This document shows positions 1 through 14,889 of a stretch of 64,000 nucleotides of DNA, piece after piece. The stretch is from Eledone cirrhosa (lineage: Eukaryota), in NCBI GenBank assembly GCA_964016885.1, contig OZ024742.1, positions 363,258,001 through 363,322,000 of the forward strand, in the 5' to 3' direction. Positions within the stretch are counted from its first letter, which is position 1, and each line of letters begins with the position of its first letter. The position numbers and the translations under genes were made by a program. The notes below the pieces were generated by a model. The model saw nothing but the letters and a program-made list of their open reading frames with translations. It did not search any database and was not told the origin of the DNA.

Positions 1-156
1 CCAGTGCATTACTGGTACTTTATTTTATCGACCCCTTAAGGATGAAAGACAAAGTTAACCTCGGCAGGATTTGAACTCAGAACGTAAATGGTCGTAACTC
101 TGTGCTGAAAAGCATGGCGTCCGACCCTCCACCAATGCTGCCAATCCACTACCCTT
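1..156 (-). mobile_element. tRNA-derived SINE (family A), cut by window edge
   Basis: Shares core ACTGGTACTTTATTTTATCGACCCC..AAGGATGAAAG..AAAGTTAACCTCGGC..GATTTGAACTCAG with ~10 other copies. Minus strand has A-box TGGCAG..TGG and B-box GAGTTCAAATCC. A more decayed copy lies at ~370-520. Confidence 0.85.
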
Positions 157-639
157 CTGATTTATAATGCTGCATTGTATGCATGTCTGGACCCATACTA
201 TCCAATGAAGTTGTAGGACAGCCGGTATGATATACGGCGTGTATTGAATGCTTTAAAGCCGGAGGATTAGCTCCCTTCTCCAGGTCTGAATACAACTGAT
301 TTTCTCATGAGAAGGAGAGAGTGGAATTGAAAATGTGGAAGTGAGAAAGATACACAGACAGGGAAACGAATCTAGTACCAAAGGGATACTTATTTTATTG
401 AACGCGAAATGATCAAAGTCAAAGTTGACCTCGGTTGAATTTCAAATCAGACAGTGCAAAATACCAAAACGAATACCGTAAATCATTCTATCCGACGTTC
501 TAACGATTCTGTTATTTGGCCACATATAATCGAGTGAATTGCAAATACACGAGGTTTTGAGAGCAATGGATAAGACGTGGTGATTCGTGTGGTGTCTGAG
601 AGGTTAGGCTTAATAAATGTTTTGAGAGGAAGAAATACA

Positions 640-2090
640 TGTGAGTCTATATTGCTTTGCGTGGCACTGATTCCTCTAAGTAAATTATAAAATGAAACTG
701 GATATATATATAAGATTAATGAAACAAAGGGTAGTAATATTTTCTTTATGAATTATTTGGAATTCTGTTGGCAAAACATGATCAACAAGTAAAAGGATTT
801 CTTCGGGGTATAAAATAGTTTTGTGATGATACAAAAATAAAATTCAAGCTCGATAAATGCACCAAGGCTACATGTGTCAAAGGGATATCATTATACATCA
901 AAAATATATTTGATAAGTATATCATAATAAAATATTGAGAACCAGAAGGCAGTTATAACTATCTACTTGTCTAAGAGATAGACGAAGTTAAGCATTCACT
1001 GATGTAAGAATAAAAAGAAAAGACTGTATCGAAGAATTAAATGCCAAAAAACAAATTGGAAGCAACTAACACACTAGCTATATTCTAGCTCTATACAGCT
1101 TCAATATTATTAACTCGTCACGAACGGAAATTAGCAAAAACTGATGTCAAAATCTGTAAACTATTAACGTTGCACCTTCTGTATCACACACGGCCGGATG
1201 AAGAAAGATTGTATCTCGCTAGAAAAGAAGTCGGCCGTGGGTTATTATAACTACAACTGACAATTAAAATAGTTACTATAGAACTTTTATGTACTTGGAA
1301 CAAACAAACTATTGGATGTTAGGTATTAAAACAGGAATGATCCAAGAAGCTACATTTTATAATAAAGGATTCGAAAAATGCAATTAGTGGGGCCAGAATC
1401 TAATGCCATAAATGTTTTCCCCAATGAAACGGTTATACAAATGAAAAACAAAGCAACATAAACCGGCCTGTGACATACTAGAGTAAATATGCACAAAATC
1501 CACTGCATGGCAAACATCCAAAATGAGATAACAATCCCGATGTATAACAACTACTTACATATTATTGCTGCCTAACATCAATGTATACTTACTCGAAATT
1601 AAACGAGTCACGTTGTAAAAAATAACAGCGATCCATTGTGTCGGGTATGTCTGGGAAGGCCGAAGACAATAGATTAAATTATCCCTAGACATGACAGAGC
1701 GGATCGACTAAATACTTGCACGGCATCTTAGAACAGCTGAATGTGTACACTGTGTGATATACCACACATTCAATCTCCTTCATAAAGAGAATTGTTGGGA
1801 GTATAAACCACCTCAAAATACTGATGTAATTCTAATATCCAAACACACAGAAAATCCAAGCTAATCTGCCAGATGTCGTTGATAATTTCATTAAAAACAC
1901 TTGTTTTCTTATAAATATCGTAGACTCCTCTGACAAAATACATCTCTAAAACATTTGAGAAAGTCATTAAATAGAAGGACATTGACATATAAATTAACAG
2001 AATGCAGCATCTCAAAATAATTACACTACCTGTATTAACCGGGGCATTAGGAGTTATATAGAAGGGGACAGAATGCTACGGAGCCCAAAT
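640..2090 (+). mobile_element. Decayed R4/Dong-like (RLE-type) non-LTR retrotransposon, 3' half
   Basis: Broken-frame motifs in the expected order: YSFNII..KTDVKICKLLT (~1093-1170), ERLYLARKEVGRGL (~1203-1245), PLHGKHP (~1500), IIAA*HQCILTRN (~1561), CRVC knuckle (~1637), then endonuclease region ANLPDVV..CFLINIV..INRMQHLK..LPVLTGALGVI*KG (~1860-2068). Multiple stops and frameshifts. Confidence 0.8.
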
Positions 2091-3129
2091 TCCCGACAGC
2101 TTTAAAATTTGTGATTTCCAGTCAATCATTATCACAGGTACATTACATATTTTGCCCAGGGTTTTCTCCATGTAGGCAATGTGTGATATGGTAATGGTGC
2201 CTGCCTGAGGGACAACATCGTCAATGGCAGTATAGTCTAGAATTCCATGTGAGAAGGAGGGCGCAAGTTGTTTGGTCTTTATGTTTAACAGGAGAGAGAT
2301 CAGGGTTATACACTTCATAAGGCCTAGAGGTCATGCAGGGACTAACGGCACATTGTTTTTTATTTTCGCTGTAGTGGAGAGACATATTGAAGTGCCAGAG
2401 GGAACCGGAAGGGCTGGGGGCACTACATTGGTTAAACTAAACCAGGGTGAGTTGCATTAATGGTTCCTTGACATATGCTATGATTGATAGTGTCCAGCAG
2501 GTTCTGCCTTCCAGCTATTAAATACTCAGACAATAATGGCAAGATAATTCCATTAATCGAACAAAAGAAATATTGAACACCGAAATCAATGTAGGAATTT
2601 GAGATTTATCAACAACTTCACAGCGTCTAATCGGATAATTAACTTGTATAAGCATGAAGGAGGTGAAACGATGTAAAACATACATGCACACAGGTCACAA
2701 ACACATAGATACGCACGTATACACACATCACTATATACTGAGATATAACGTACACATACCCAGAGCTCTGCACACAGATTCCTACACAAGGAAACACATA
2801 TTTACACACGCAGACACATACACATATATACTTACACACACCAATCTGTAGAGGCAAACACTCGTTTAAAAACATCAATACATACAGAGTCCCACACGCA
2901 TCTATATACACACACGTGTGTATATATCCAATTAAAAACAAAACAATACTTTACGTCAGGATATTCGTGAGGTTTCTTAAGTTTGACATTTTAATGCCTA
3001 CATAATTACGAATCTCCAGACGGATAACTCTATATTTTTCTTCAGAGTATAATCCAAATGCTGCTTCTAGTTTACTTTCAAATCAATCATTATATATATA
3101 TATCTTGATTGTCCATCGTAAACGATGAT

Positions 3130-3700
<571 letters not shown>

Positions 3701-3867
3701 TTGGATATATGAGAGGGATGAACACAGATATAAGAATACATGTGTTCCAATTGCAAATGACCAAGTTATCTAGGTTGAAAAATGCTAATTTAAAACAATA
3801 TGGTTTGCCTGACTCGATTTAAACTAATAAATCAATAAAAATAACGAATTCTGGCTTTCACTTAATA

Positions 3868-4904
3868 ATATAGCACCAGTTTTGGCTAATTTTTGCTCGA
3901 CAAATAATTTGGAGATAATTATATTTGCTAGCATAAATATGCATCTGTGTATATATATGTTACTAGATATACTAATTCTTTATAATTATCTCCAAATTAT
4001 TTGTCGAGCAAAAATTAGCCAAAACTGCTGCTATAGTAACAGTCAGGCTGCTGTCTTCTTAACAAACCACTTTCCACTGATTGACCTCGATGTCACGTGA
4101 TTGATTCTTTTGAATTTGCCACCGAAGCAGTAGGCAGTGATTTTCTCAATGGCTAGGAATTTAGTCCACGCTTTGCTTTTTTCCATCCACTGAATTATTT
4201 TTGTATAAGTTCCCTTTGTCCACGTATTGCCTGGAAATTTAGCTGAGAATAGACTTCCCTGATGACGAAAGGCTTCTCCGTACGCTTCTTCGGAAAGTAT
4301 GTTTATTCCCTTTCAGAAACTAATTAGTTGGGAGTGAAATTTGAGTAAGTAAGTTAATTTTATAATTTTCTTATTTTACGTCTCTCATATTATTGTTCTG
4401 CAACCCCATGCATTGAACCACAAAGTTACTAAGACAAAACCTATATATTTGCTAGCATAAATATGCATCTGTGTATATATATGTTACTAGATATACTAAT
4501 TCTTTATAATTATCTCCAAATTATTTGTCGAGCAATAATTAGCCAAAACTGCTGCTATAGTAACAGTCAGGCTGCAGTCTTCTTAACAAACCACTTTCCA
4601 CTGATTGACCTCGATGTCACGTGATTGATTCTTTTGAATTTGCCACCGACGCAGTAGGCAGTGATTTTCTCAATGGCTAGGAATTTAGTCCACGCTTTGC
4701 TTTTTTCCATCCACTGAATTATTTTTGTATAAGTTCCCTTTGTCCACGTATTGCCTGGAAATTTAGCTGAGAATAGACTTCCCTGATGACGAAAGGCTTC
4801 TCCGTACGCTTCTTCGGAAAGTATGTTTATTCCCTTTCAGAAACTAATTAGTTGGGAGTGAAATTTGAGTAAGTAAGTTAATTTTATAATTTTCTTATTT
4901 TACG

Positions 4905-4910
<6 letters not shown>
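3868..4910. mobile_element. Partial tandem duplication (~3920-4390 / ~4444-4912) preceded by an inverted fragment; Penelope pseudo-LTR-like
   Basis: Two near-identical ~470-bp copies. 3868-3922 is the reverse complement of ~3982-4036. Each copy contains CTGATGA-cgaa..ttcg-GAAA. The block ends in (TA)n. Confidence 0.7.
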
Positions 4911-4950
<40 letters not shown>

Positions 4951-4956
<6 letters not shown>

Positions 4957-7900
4957 AGATGAAAATCCGAAGGCAAGGTAAAATTCCAATCATTTAATCA
5001 CGAAACATGTTTCAATAATAGATTGATCGATTGTGAAGCCATGATGGATTATCACTGATCTCATCAAGTGAAAGTGAATTGTCTTCAAATTCTTGATATG
5101 AGGGAGAAAAATAACGATGTTCTCTCACAGAATTCTTTCCCTCATATGAAGACACACCAGTCAGAGACACGGCGACTGCTATTAACTTCATTTGAGGTCA
5201 TACAAGTTGTCAGATTTTTATCGCTGCAAAAGACGCTGGACATCAATCAAATCTGTAGGGATATAGTTAATGTGAGTGGGTACACACACACTCCACACCC
5301 ACATACACCGACTCGAGGTCAAAGAAACAAATATATACATATATATACACACATCGACACTGTATCAAACCTGTAGAATTATAAAAGGTCACAGTTAGTG
5401 TGGGTGGGTACACACACACACTCTCACACACACCGAAGCGATGTCCGAGAAAAAAAACCAAATATAAGAATGTACCAACAGAGCATTCACCGAAAGATAG
5501 TTCACAAAACAACAGATGGTACATTGGTCAAATCTCAATTTGACGATGTAAATTGGAAATATTGTGTCACCCCCCCCCAACACACACACACACACAAGAA
5601 AGTAAGTTCAGTTCAGTGTTCTGCTATACGTGTATAGACTTCATGTTGTATTGCCGCCTAGTCCCAATGCTGTTGGTACCAATGGAAACAACCACCCAGG
5701 TACTAACACGGGGTCTGAGCAACGTAACACCAGCGGAAACTCTAATGGTAACCTTAATTGTAGAACCGATAAAACTACTGTTGAACGCAGTATGGAACGA
5801 GGGTCGAGTAAGGGGAATAGGGACAAGTGTAGCAGACGCATAGTGGATATAACCCCGTCTATCGAGGGTAATCCCAATGGCCGCACGGGGTTACACCGCC
5901 CTGGAGACTTGGGACGATGCCGAACACAATCGTGACACCCCAGGACACCATCGACCCACAGGCAATTTCCAGTTACAATATAGTTACAATATAGTTACTA
6001 AGAACAAGAGGCATCTGACCAGAAAAGGCCTGTGGTATGATCCCCCTTACTCCACTGGCCTGACCACTAGTATAGCTATGCTTTTCTTTAGGGCCTTAGA
6101 CAAATGCTTCCCTAGATCGCACAGATATTATAAAATATTCAATAGGAATACCATCAAGCTTTCCTACTCCACATCTAGTAACATAGCTCAGAATATAGCT
6201 AAGATGAATTATATTAGACTTAGGACAGCCCAAGAGGGAATTAGGCATGGCAGGAACAATGACAACTCTATGGAGGAATTGACTCATACACTGAGGCGAG
6301 TCGAGTCTCCCCAACCCCAGGGAATTTACCCATAGAGCAGACAGGAACTGAGACCCGACCCCTAAGGTACCGTGGTTCATCTGGAACTACCCTGGTCGAT
6401 AGCAAAAAATGTAACTGCAGAAGCACCGCCACCTGCCCCATGGCTGTGAAATGCCTTATCAAAAACATAGTCTACGACTGTAAGGTCTCCACTCCTGATA
6501 GAATTTTTAGGTATGTTGGGGCAACTGCCACGGAATTTAAGGATAGATGGTATAATCACCGCCATACCTTTAATAGATTAGATTTAAAAAAATAGCACGG
6601 CACTTTCTGAATTAGTCTGGACGCTTAAACATCATAATATAGAGCACTCCTTATCCTGGTCCATCGTTTGCTCAGCCCAACTTTTTAACGGCAGCACTGG
6701 CATCTGCAATTTATGTATAGCTGAAACCTTTAATATTATTAGAGATATTATTTAAGATACCCTAACTATTGAGTTCTCTCAGTTAGGATATAGCTAGACG
6801 TATTACACACTTAGTTAGGACCAATTACGCTCTCTATACATAACTATATACACAGTACTCGTTTCCTTTAGTAATTGAGCTCCCACAATTACGACTGTCA
6901 CGTTCCTACCGACTAAACACTACACTAGGTTTTTATCCGTGATCATATAACCATGGAGGACTCACTGTTACATAATGAACAATAATACTTACACACCATT
7001 AATGGGCCTACACACATCCTCTGGATTTTACTATCCTGTGTTTTTTTACTTCACCTTCTGTGTTGGATAACACACCTCCACGACTCAAACAACTATCTTA
7101 AAAGTTCATTGGCCCATATGACGGGAAATCGCACTTACTGACGCATTTACCCAATACCCAACCCTATACGGAGCCCCTTGCTGGCATACATTGCGGTTGC
7201 TTGCACGCACGGATTTGGTGACTCGGATTCTCAATGGGACAGCTGTACATACTGAGTTCGATATGAGCTTATTGCTTGCTCTTCACATGGATGTGTATAT
7301 ACCCAGACATACCCTTTTTGGACGATTCGGATGTGTATATACCATAACATACACTTGAAGATATGGATGTTACAATTCAATCTATACACGTATAGCAGAA
7401 CACTGAACTAAACTTACTTGTGTGTGTGTGTGTATTTTAACCCAATATTTACAATTTACATCGTCAAATTGAGATTTGACCAATGTAGCATCTGTTGTTT
7501 TGTGAACTAACTTTCGCTGAATGCTCTGTTGGTACATTCTTATATTAGTTTTCTTATATTTGTTTTTTTTCTCTGACATCGCTTCGGTGTGTGTGAGAGT
7601 GTGCGTGTACCCACCCACACTAACTGTGACCTTTTATAATTCTACAGGTTTGATACAGTGTTGATGTGTGTATATATATGTATATATTTTTTCTTTGACC
7701 TCGAACCGGTGTATGTGGGTGTGGAGTGTGTGTGTACCCACTCACATTAACTATATCCCTACAGCTGTGATGAATGTCCAGCGTCTTTTGCAGCGATAGA
7801 AATCTGACAACTTTTATGACCTCAACTGAAGTTAATAGCAGTTGCCGTGTCTCTGACTGGTGTGTCTTCATATGAGGGAATGAATTCTGTGAGAGAACAT

Positions 7901-8064
7901 CGTATTTTTTCTCCTTCATATCAAGAATTTGAAGACAATTCATTTTCACCAGATAAGATCAGTGATAATTGATCATGGCTTCACAATCGATCTATCTCTT
8001 ATTGAAACATGTTTCGTGATTAAATGATTGGAATTTTACCTTGCCTTCGGATTTTCATTTTGAT
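4951..8064 (+). mobile_element. 5'-truncated Penelope-like retroelement with ~690-bp inverted terminal arms
   Basis: 4951-5638 is the reverse complement of 7381-8064. The interior encodes RT C-terminus and GIY-YIG remnants. The left end abuts (TA)n. Confidence 0.9.
5990..6745 (+). pseudogene. Penelope-like RT thumb/linker plus GIY-YIG endonuclease remnant
   Basis: LWYDPPYS..TSIAMLFFRALDKCFPRSHRYYKIFNRNTIKLSYS matches the PLE WFNPPYS..KIFNRNTVKVSYS motif. Then CNCRSTATCPMAVKCLIKNIVY, YVGATATEFKDRWYNHRHTF, STALSELVWTLK..WSIV..CNLCIAE, with a stop and frameshifts. Confidence 0.88.
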
Positions 8065-8200
8065 ACTTATACTCCGTTTTACATCATCTAGCTGTTCCCT
8101 TGAATGGAATTGGAGATATACAAAATCGTGGAAAACTTAATATTGGTAACATAAATTTATTGGACCATTTTACACAACCAATAATGCACCTTACTATATG

Positions 8201-8307
<107 letters not shown>

Positions 8308-8324
8308 ATATATATATAAGTATA

Positions 8325-8448
8325 TATATATATACGTACATACAAAAACACAAGCACAAAAGGATACATACACATACATGCGTACATACATACACACGAT
8401 ACACATATATATACATACATGTACATCTAATCACACGCACGCACGCGA

Positions 8449-8483
<35 letters not shown>

Positions 8484-10606
8484 AAAAACATAGTCGTAAA
8501 AGCACACATGCACACACACATATACACACACACGCGCACATACGAATGCATTTGTATACATATACAAACACGTATACACATATATGCACGCATACACGCA
8601 TACATACATATATAAAAAGAAGCCGTATGAATAAATGGGTACAAGATATACGCAAGTAAACACATAAAAGCGGCTGAGGGACAACAGAATATATCTGGAG
8701 TTATAAACACAAGTGACATATTGTATCAAGTAGTGAAAGAAAAGGGGGAAGTAAAATATATAAAATTGTGAAGATTTAAAGTAAGTGAATCAAAATGGCA
8801 GGGAGGTGAGGGGGGATCACTAGTGGATGTGAAGTAAAAATAATAATAAAAATAAAAATAAAAATAAAAATACATCAGAGAGAGAAGTATGTAAAGAAGG
8901 TAAGTTAAGGAAAGTGAAGAACAAGAATTTATGGAGGATAAGTATCTGAAAGTGAGTTAAGTTTATATGAGCTGGAAAGCAACTGTGATTTCATGTGTGG
9001 GCAACTGGTGAACATTTCTGTTTTTGCATTTAGGCAGGTTTTGGCTTAATTTTTCTGACTTTGACTTAATTTTTATAACTTAATTTTTATGACTTTTATG
9101 ACTTTGACTTAATTTTTATTCATTAATTTTTCATATTTTATATATTTTTTTCATATCTGTATCGACCTTCAGTCTGACACTGCTTTGACTGATACACTCC
9201 CTTCCTTGTATATATCACATACATGTATGTGGTCGCGCGTGTGTGTATGTGTATACGCGTGCGTCCTTTCATCCTTGTATGTGTATATATTTCAATTCTT
9301 AGTCCCTGAGTCTTTATGTACGCTAACTCTATTATCTTGCAATTCTTTTTCAACATATATTATATACGTATTTGCGGTCACACATACACTGATATGCTTT
9401 CCCTCATGTATGTACGTACGCACACATTTTTTCACTATACACATGCATTTGTACATACACACATATGTACATTTGTAGGTGCATATACACACATTTATAC
9501 ACATACCCTTACTATATTTCTTTAACGAGCAAAAGTTTAACGGGCAAAAAAAAAATATATAAAGAAAAGTAATAATAGAATATATGTATAAAAATAAAAT
9601 AAAATAAAGAAATATAGTAAGGGCATGTGTATAAATGTGTGTATATGCACCTATAAATGTACATATGTGTGTATGTACAAATGCATGTGTATAGTGAAAA
9701 AATGTGTGCGTAAGTACATACATGAGGGAAAGCATATCAGTGTATGTGTGACCGCAAATACGTATATAATATATGTTGAAAAAGGAATTGTAAGATAATA
9801 GAGTTAGCGTACATAAAGACTCAGGGATTAAGAATTGAAATATATACACATACAAGGATGAAAGGACGCACGCGTATACACATACACACACGCGCGACCA
9901 CATACATGTATGTGATATATACAAGGAAGGGAGTGTATCAGTCAAAGCAGTGTCAGACTGAAGGTCGATACAGATATGAAAAAAATATATAAAATATGAA
10001 AAATTAAATAATAAAAATTAAGTCAAAGTCATAAAAGTCATAAAAATTAAGTTATAAAAATTAAGTCAAAGTCAGAAAAATTAAGCCAAAACCTGCCTAA
10101 ATGCAAAAACAGAAATTTTCACCAGTTGCCCACACATGAAATCACAGTTGCTTTCCAGCTCATATAAACTTAACTCACTTTCAGATACTTATCCTCCATA
10201 AACTCTTGTTCTTCACTTTCCTTAACTTACCTTCTTTACAGACTTCTCTTTCTGATGTATTTTTATTTTTATTTTTACTTCACATCAACTAGTGACCCCC
10301 CCCTCCCTGGTTTTTGACTCATTTACTTTAAATCTTCACAATTTTACATATTTTACTTCCCCCTTTTCTTTCACTACCTTATATCATATGTCATTTGTGT
10401 TTATAACTCCAGATATATTCTGTTGTCCCTCAGCCGCTTTTATGTATGTTTACTTGCGTATATCTTGTACCCATTTATTCATACGGCTTCTTTTTATATA
10501 TGTATATATGTGTGCATATATGTGTATACGTGTTTGTATAAGTATACGAATGTATTCGTATGTGCGCGTGTCTGTATATGTGTGCGTGTATGTCTGCTCT
10601 TACGTC

Positions 10607-10704
<98 letters not shown>

Positions 10705-10835
10705 TCGCGTGCGTGCGTGTGATTAGATGTACATGTATGTATATATATGTGTATTGTGTGTATGTATGCGTGTTTTTTGCATTATGTACGCATGTATGTG
10801 TATGTATCCTTTTGTGCTTGTGTTTTTGTCTGTAC

Positions 10836-10840
<5 letters not shown>
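8325..10840. repeat. ~2.5-kb imperfect palindrome (arms ~8325-9523 and ~9605-10840) bounded by (TA)n
   Basis: Arms are reverse complements (the ORF track gives the same peptide at 9185+ and 9945-). A third, partial copy lies at ~12205-12720. Confidence 0.9.
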
Positions 10841-10920
<80 letters not shown>

Positions 10921-10926
<6 letters not shown>

Positions 10927-11640
10927 TTGGCGCTCTGAAATACCGATATATATATGAATGTATATATAGTTTATTTAGCAATTTACTATATGTTTAATTA
11001 AAAGTATTTCGAAGACCTTATGCTATTGTTTTTGAGTAGTGACAGTCTCACTTACTTTAGATTTCCAGCAAACAGGGGAGATAAACTGACAGAACTATGT
11101 TTCGTACTGATTGGTACTTATCAAAGCCAAGTACTCCACCTGTTTGCTGAAAATCATGAATGTTTGATTCTTATAGAATTTCTAGTAATAATCAGGAACT
11201 GATTATACCGAGCGGTGTTCGAAATGCTTTTAATTAAACATATAGTGTATTGCAAAATTCACTATATATACATTCATATATATATATATGCAAAATATAC
11301 TAAATATACATTCATATATATATCGCTATTTCAGAGCGCCAATTCTAATTTTCAATTTCTGCTTGACCGGCAACCGCTCTGTATAATCAGTTCCTGATTA
11401 TTACTAGAAATTCAATAAGAATTAAACATTCATGACTTTCAGCAAACAGGTGGAGTACTTGACTTTGATAAGTACCAATCAGTACGAAACATGGCTCTGT
11501 CAGCTTTATCTCCCCTGTTTCATGAACATTTAAAGTAAGTGAGACTGTCACTACTCTAAAAAATAGCATAAGGTCTTCGAAATGTTTTTAATTAAGCATA
11601 CAGTGTATTGCAAAATACACTATATATACATTCATATATA
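10921..11640. repeat. Nested fold-back element between (TA)n tracts
   Basis: ~10950-11208 is inverted at ~11381-11640, and 10921-11012 is inverted at ~11218-11350. Confidence 0.85.
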
Positions 11641-11648
11641 TATATCTA

Positions 11649-11694
<46 letters not shown>

Positions 11695-11696
<2 letters not shown>

Positions 11697-11842
11697 AACC
11701 AGTAAGACCCCGACGGCTGAGCTCAAGCCGTTTCGACGGCTAATTCTGGAATTAGCCGTCGAAACCCACTCTACTACCCTAAGTATTGAGTACTTTGGTG
11801 CGTTATGGTCCACCTGGTTCCTTACCACATTTCCTTCGTTAT
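11695..11842. mobile_element. Recurrent ~140-bp (TA)n-anchored element (probable PLE terminal fragment), rearranged copy
   Basis: AGCCGTCGAAACGGCTTGAGCTC..GTATTGAGTACTTTGGTGCGTTATGGTCCACCTGGTTCCTTACCACATTTCCTTCGTT(ATAT). Other full or partial copies at ~13550-13612, 14368-14412, 19838-19892, 29903-29978, 31526-31602, 49636-49750, 57328-57462, 60709-60845. Confidence 0.85.
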
Positions 11843-12006
11843 ATATATATATATATATATAAAATATTAAAAAAATAATGAATAAAACAATGAAACAGTT
11901 CCTTATATTAAACAAAAAAAGTTCATTATTTAACGATCGTTTCTAGGACATATATGTGTTAGAATTGGCATGCATATTACTACCGTAAACTCTTGGTAGA
12001 TTTATC

Positions 12007-12114
<108 letters not shown>

Positions 12115-12859
12115 CATATGTGCGTAGGAACTTCTGCATGTTTGCTACTTTTTATTTATTTTTCTAGTGTTACTTTATAATTGATAACCCCTCCCTCTTA
12201 CTTCCTCTTTGACTTAGTTTTTATTCATTAATTTTTCATATTTTATATGTTTATATCTGTATCGACCTTCAGTCTGACACTGCTTTGACTGATACACTCC
12301 CTTCCTTGTATATTTCACATACATGTATGTAGTCGCGCGTGTGTGTATGTTTATACGCGTGCGTCCTTTCATCCTTGTATGTGTATATATTTCAATTCTT
12401 AGTCCCTGAGTCTGTATGTACGCTATCTCTATTATCTTACAATTCCTTTTTCAACATATATTATATACGTATTTGTGGTCACACATACACACTGATTTGC
12501 TTGCCCCCATGTATGTACTTACGCACACATTCTTTCACTATACACATGCATTTGTACATACGCACATATGTACATTTGTAGGTGCTTATACATACATTTA
12601 TACACAAACTCTTACTATATTTCTTTATTTTATTTTATTTTATTTTATTTTTATACATCTCTTGTATTATTACTTTTATTTATATTTTATACTTTTTTTG
12701 CCCGTTAAACCTTTGCCTTTCTTGGGGAGATTTTTCAAATATTTCACTGTTTTAAATTGCCTTGTCTGACTAAAGAATGCAGACGTTTCTTGTATTCATC
12801 TTAATCGGGAAACCTCTGGTAATGAGGTAATTATATTGTATTGTTTATTATACATTATA

Positions 12860-12905
<46 letters not shown>

Positions 12906-13197
12906 AATATAAATTGGCGAGAATCGTATTTCTGCTATTGGAAATTAGCGAAAAACAACTTCCGAGATGTGTGGCAAGCGCTCCATAGAATCTTATGTAC
13001 TAGAGCTACAACATAAGTTAAAAGGCCAAACACACTGAGACGATGGTTAAACCATTATCCGCACAGCCATAGAAACGACCAAGTAATTCGGGTCAAACAA
13101 ATAAAATATGATTGAAAAATTATACCAGATGCCTGGAAGATTTGTGAAATATCCAGCATTTGGGTTTCTGCAACTCCTAAATGAAGTACTGTCCGCT

Positions 13198-13402
13198 TAG
13201 ACAAATAATTGTTTCTACTTTTGGCACAAGGCCATCAATTACCCAGTACATTACTGGTACTTTATTTTATCGACCCCGTAAGGATGAAAGGCAAAGTTAA
13301 CCTCGGCGGGATTTGAACTCAGACCGCAAAGGGACGTAACTATGCTGGAAAGCATGGCATCCGACTCTCTACCGATACTGCCAATCCACCTAGACAAATA
13401 AT
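13198..13402 (-). mobile_element. SINE family A, near full length, with 12-bp TSD TAGACAAATAAT
   Basis: Family core present. Direct repeat at 13198-13209 and 13391-13402. Confidence 0.9.
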
Positions 13403-14519
13403 GTTAATCTTTTGGTAAGATGATTGAACAAGGAAGTCACTTTCTCAACAGGCTTTTAGTTCAAGTGCCAAGCGAAAGGCTGACCGTTATCAAAACCCAC
13501 GGGGGATATATATATATATATGTCTGTATATATATGTATATATATATATAACGAAGGAAGTGCGGTAAGGAACCAGAAGGAACATAACGCACCAGAGTAC
13601 TCAATAGTTAGAATAGAAGTGTCGGTAATAGGAAAAGACGAACTTGTAACTGCATGTAAACACCGATTGCGTAGTACTGACCTCTCCCTCAAACCCCCTC
13701 ACGACCCTGGTGGGTAGACAATGGCTGCAACAACCTTCTTTTCCCCACTTACCGAACAAGATAGGGGAAACACCAGCATACATAGGTAGATGCACTTCTT
13801 TTCTTTTCTTCTTTCCTTTATCTCTTCTTATCACTTCCTTCCACTCCCTCTTCTCTTCCTTTTCCTTTTTCCTCTTTCGCCTATCGGGCTTTTGTAGCCT
13901 CAGTACACCCACACCAGTAAATTATATATAGCTTTGGCCGAAAACGTAATACCAACTAAATATAGCAGCTGCTTTAGACTCTAGAGATTTATTTTATTAT
14001 TTTTACTATTTAATTTTATTATTTTTATTTATTTATTTATTATCTTTTAATCTCAATTTATTAACCATTCTATAACGTCCCACTCTCAGTATCCTTTTTC
14101 GCCTGCTTTCTAGCTGGCCTAATTTCATCCATATTCCTTACAATTTGCTGTATAGAATTCACTTTCAACGCTTGACCGGCTCCACCCACCCGGTCATTGT
14201 TCTACAGGCAAGTTCAGCCACCCCCACCTCCCACCTACCTCTATGAAAGATTTAATTGTGTTTACAAGAAATGTTGACTAATGCTTTTGACAACTACAAT
14301 CTTCCCATATAAGGAATTACCCCTTGAAAAGTTCGGCTATTATTACCACGCTAAAAATTCTAATTTAGTCCAGAAATAGTCATCGAAACGGCTTGAGCTC
14401 TGCCGTCGGGGTTAAACATTTTTCTCTCTCTCTCTCTATATATATATATATAGATAGATAGATAGATAGATAGAGATAGGGAGAGAGAGAAATATAGATA
14501 GAGAGAGAGAGAGAGAGAG

Positions 14520-14584
<65 letters not shown>

Positions 14585-14889
14585 AGCGTATTTCTGTATC
14601 TGTGTTCGTGTATACATATCTTATAATAGGAAAAGAAAATATAAATTCTCCCAAATATAAATTCTCACTGATCTAATGTTGCTATTCTGTATCGATCTTA
14701 GCTTCAAAGCATTCGATATCATAACCTTCAAACTTGAAATATTTCTCACGTGCATATATAGATATGATTTCATTGTCATTTATAAAAACTATGTCATCAA
14801 ATAATTTATTGATGTTCATGCATTGTTCGAAGTTGATATATTTGTAAAGAAGGAACACAGTCAACTGCATCTACTATTGATGATGGCAG

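Noticed and set aside
1350-2015. Minus-strand ORFs 1350-1550 and 1770-2015 as host genes
   Set aside because: Antisense to recognisable R4/Dong-like LINE motifs on the + strand.
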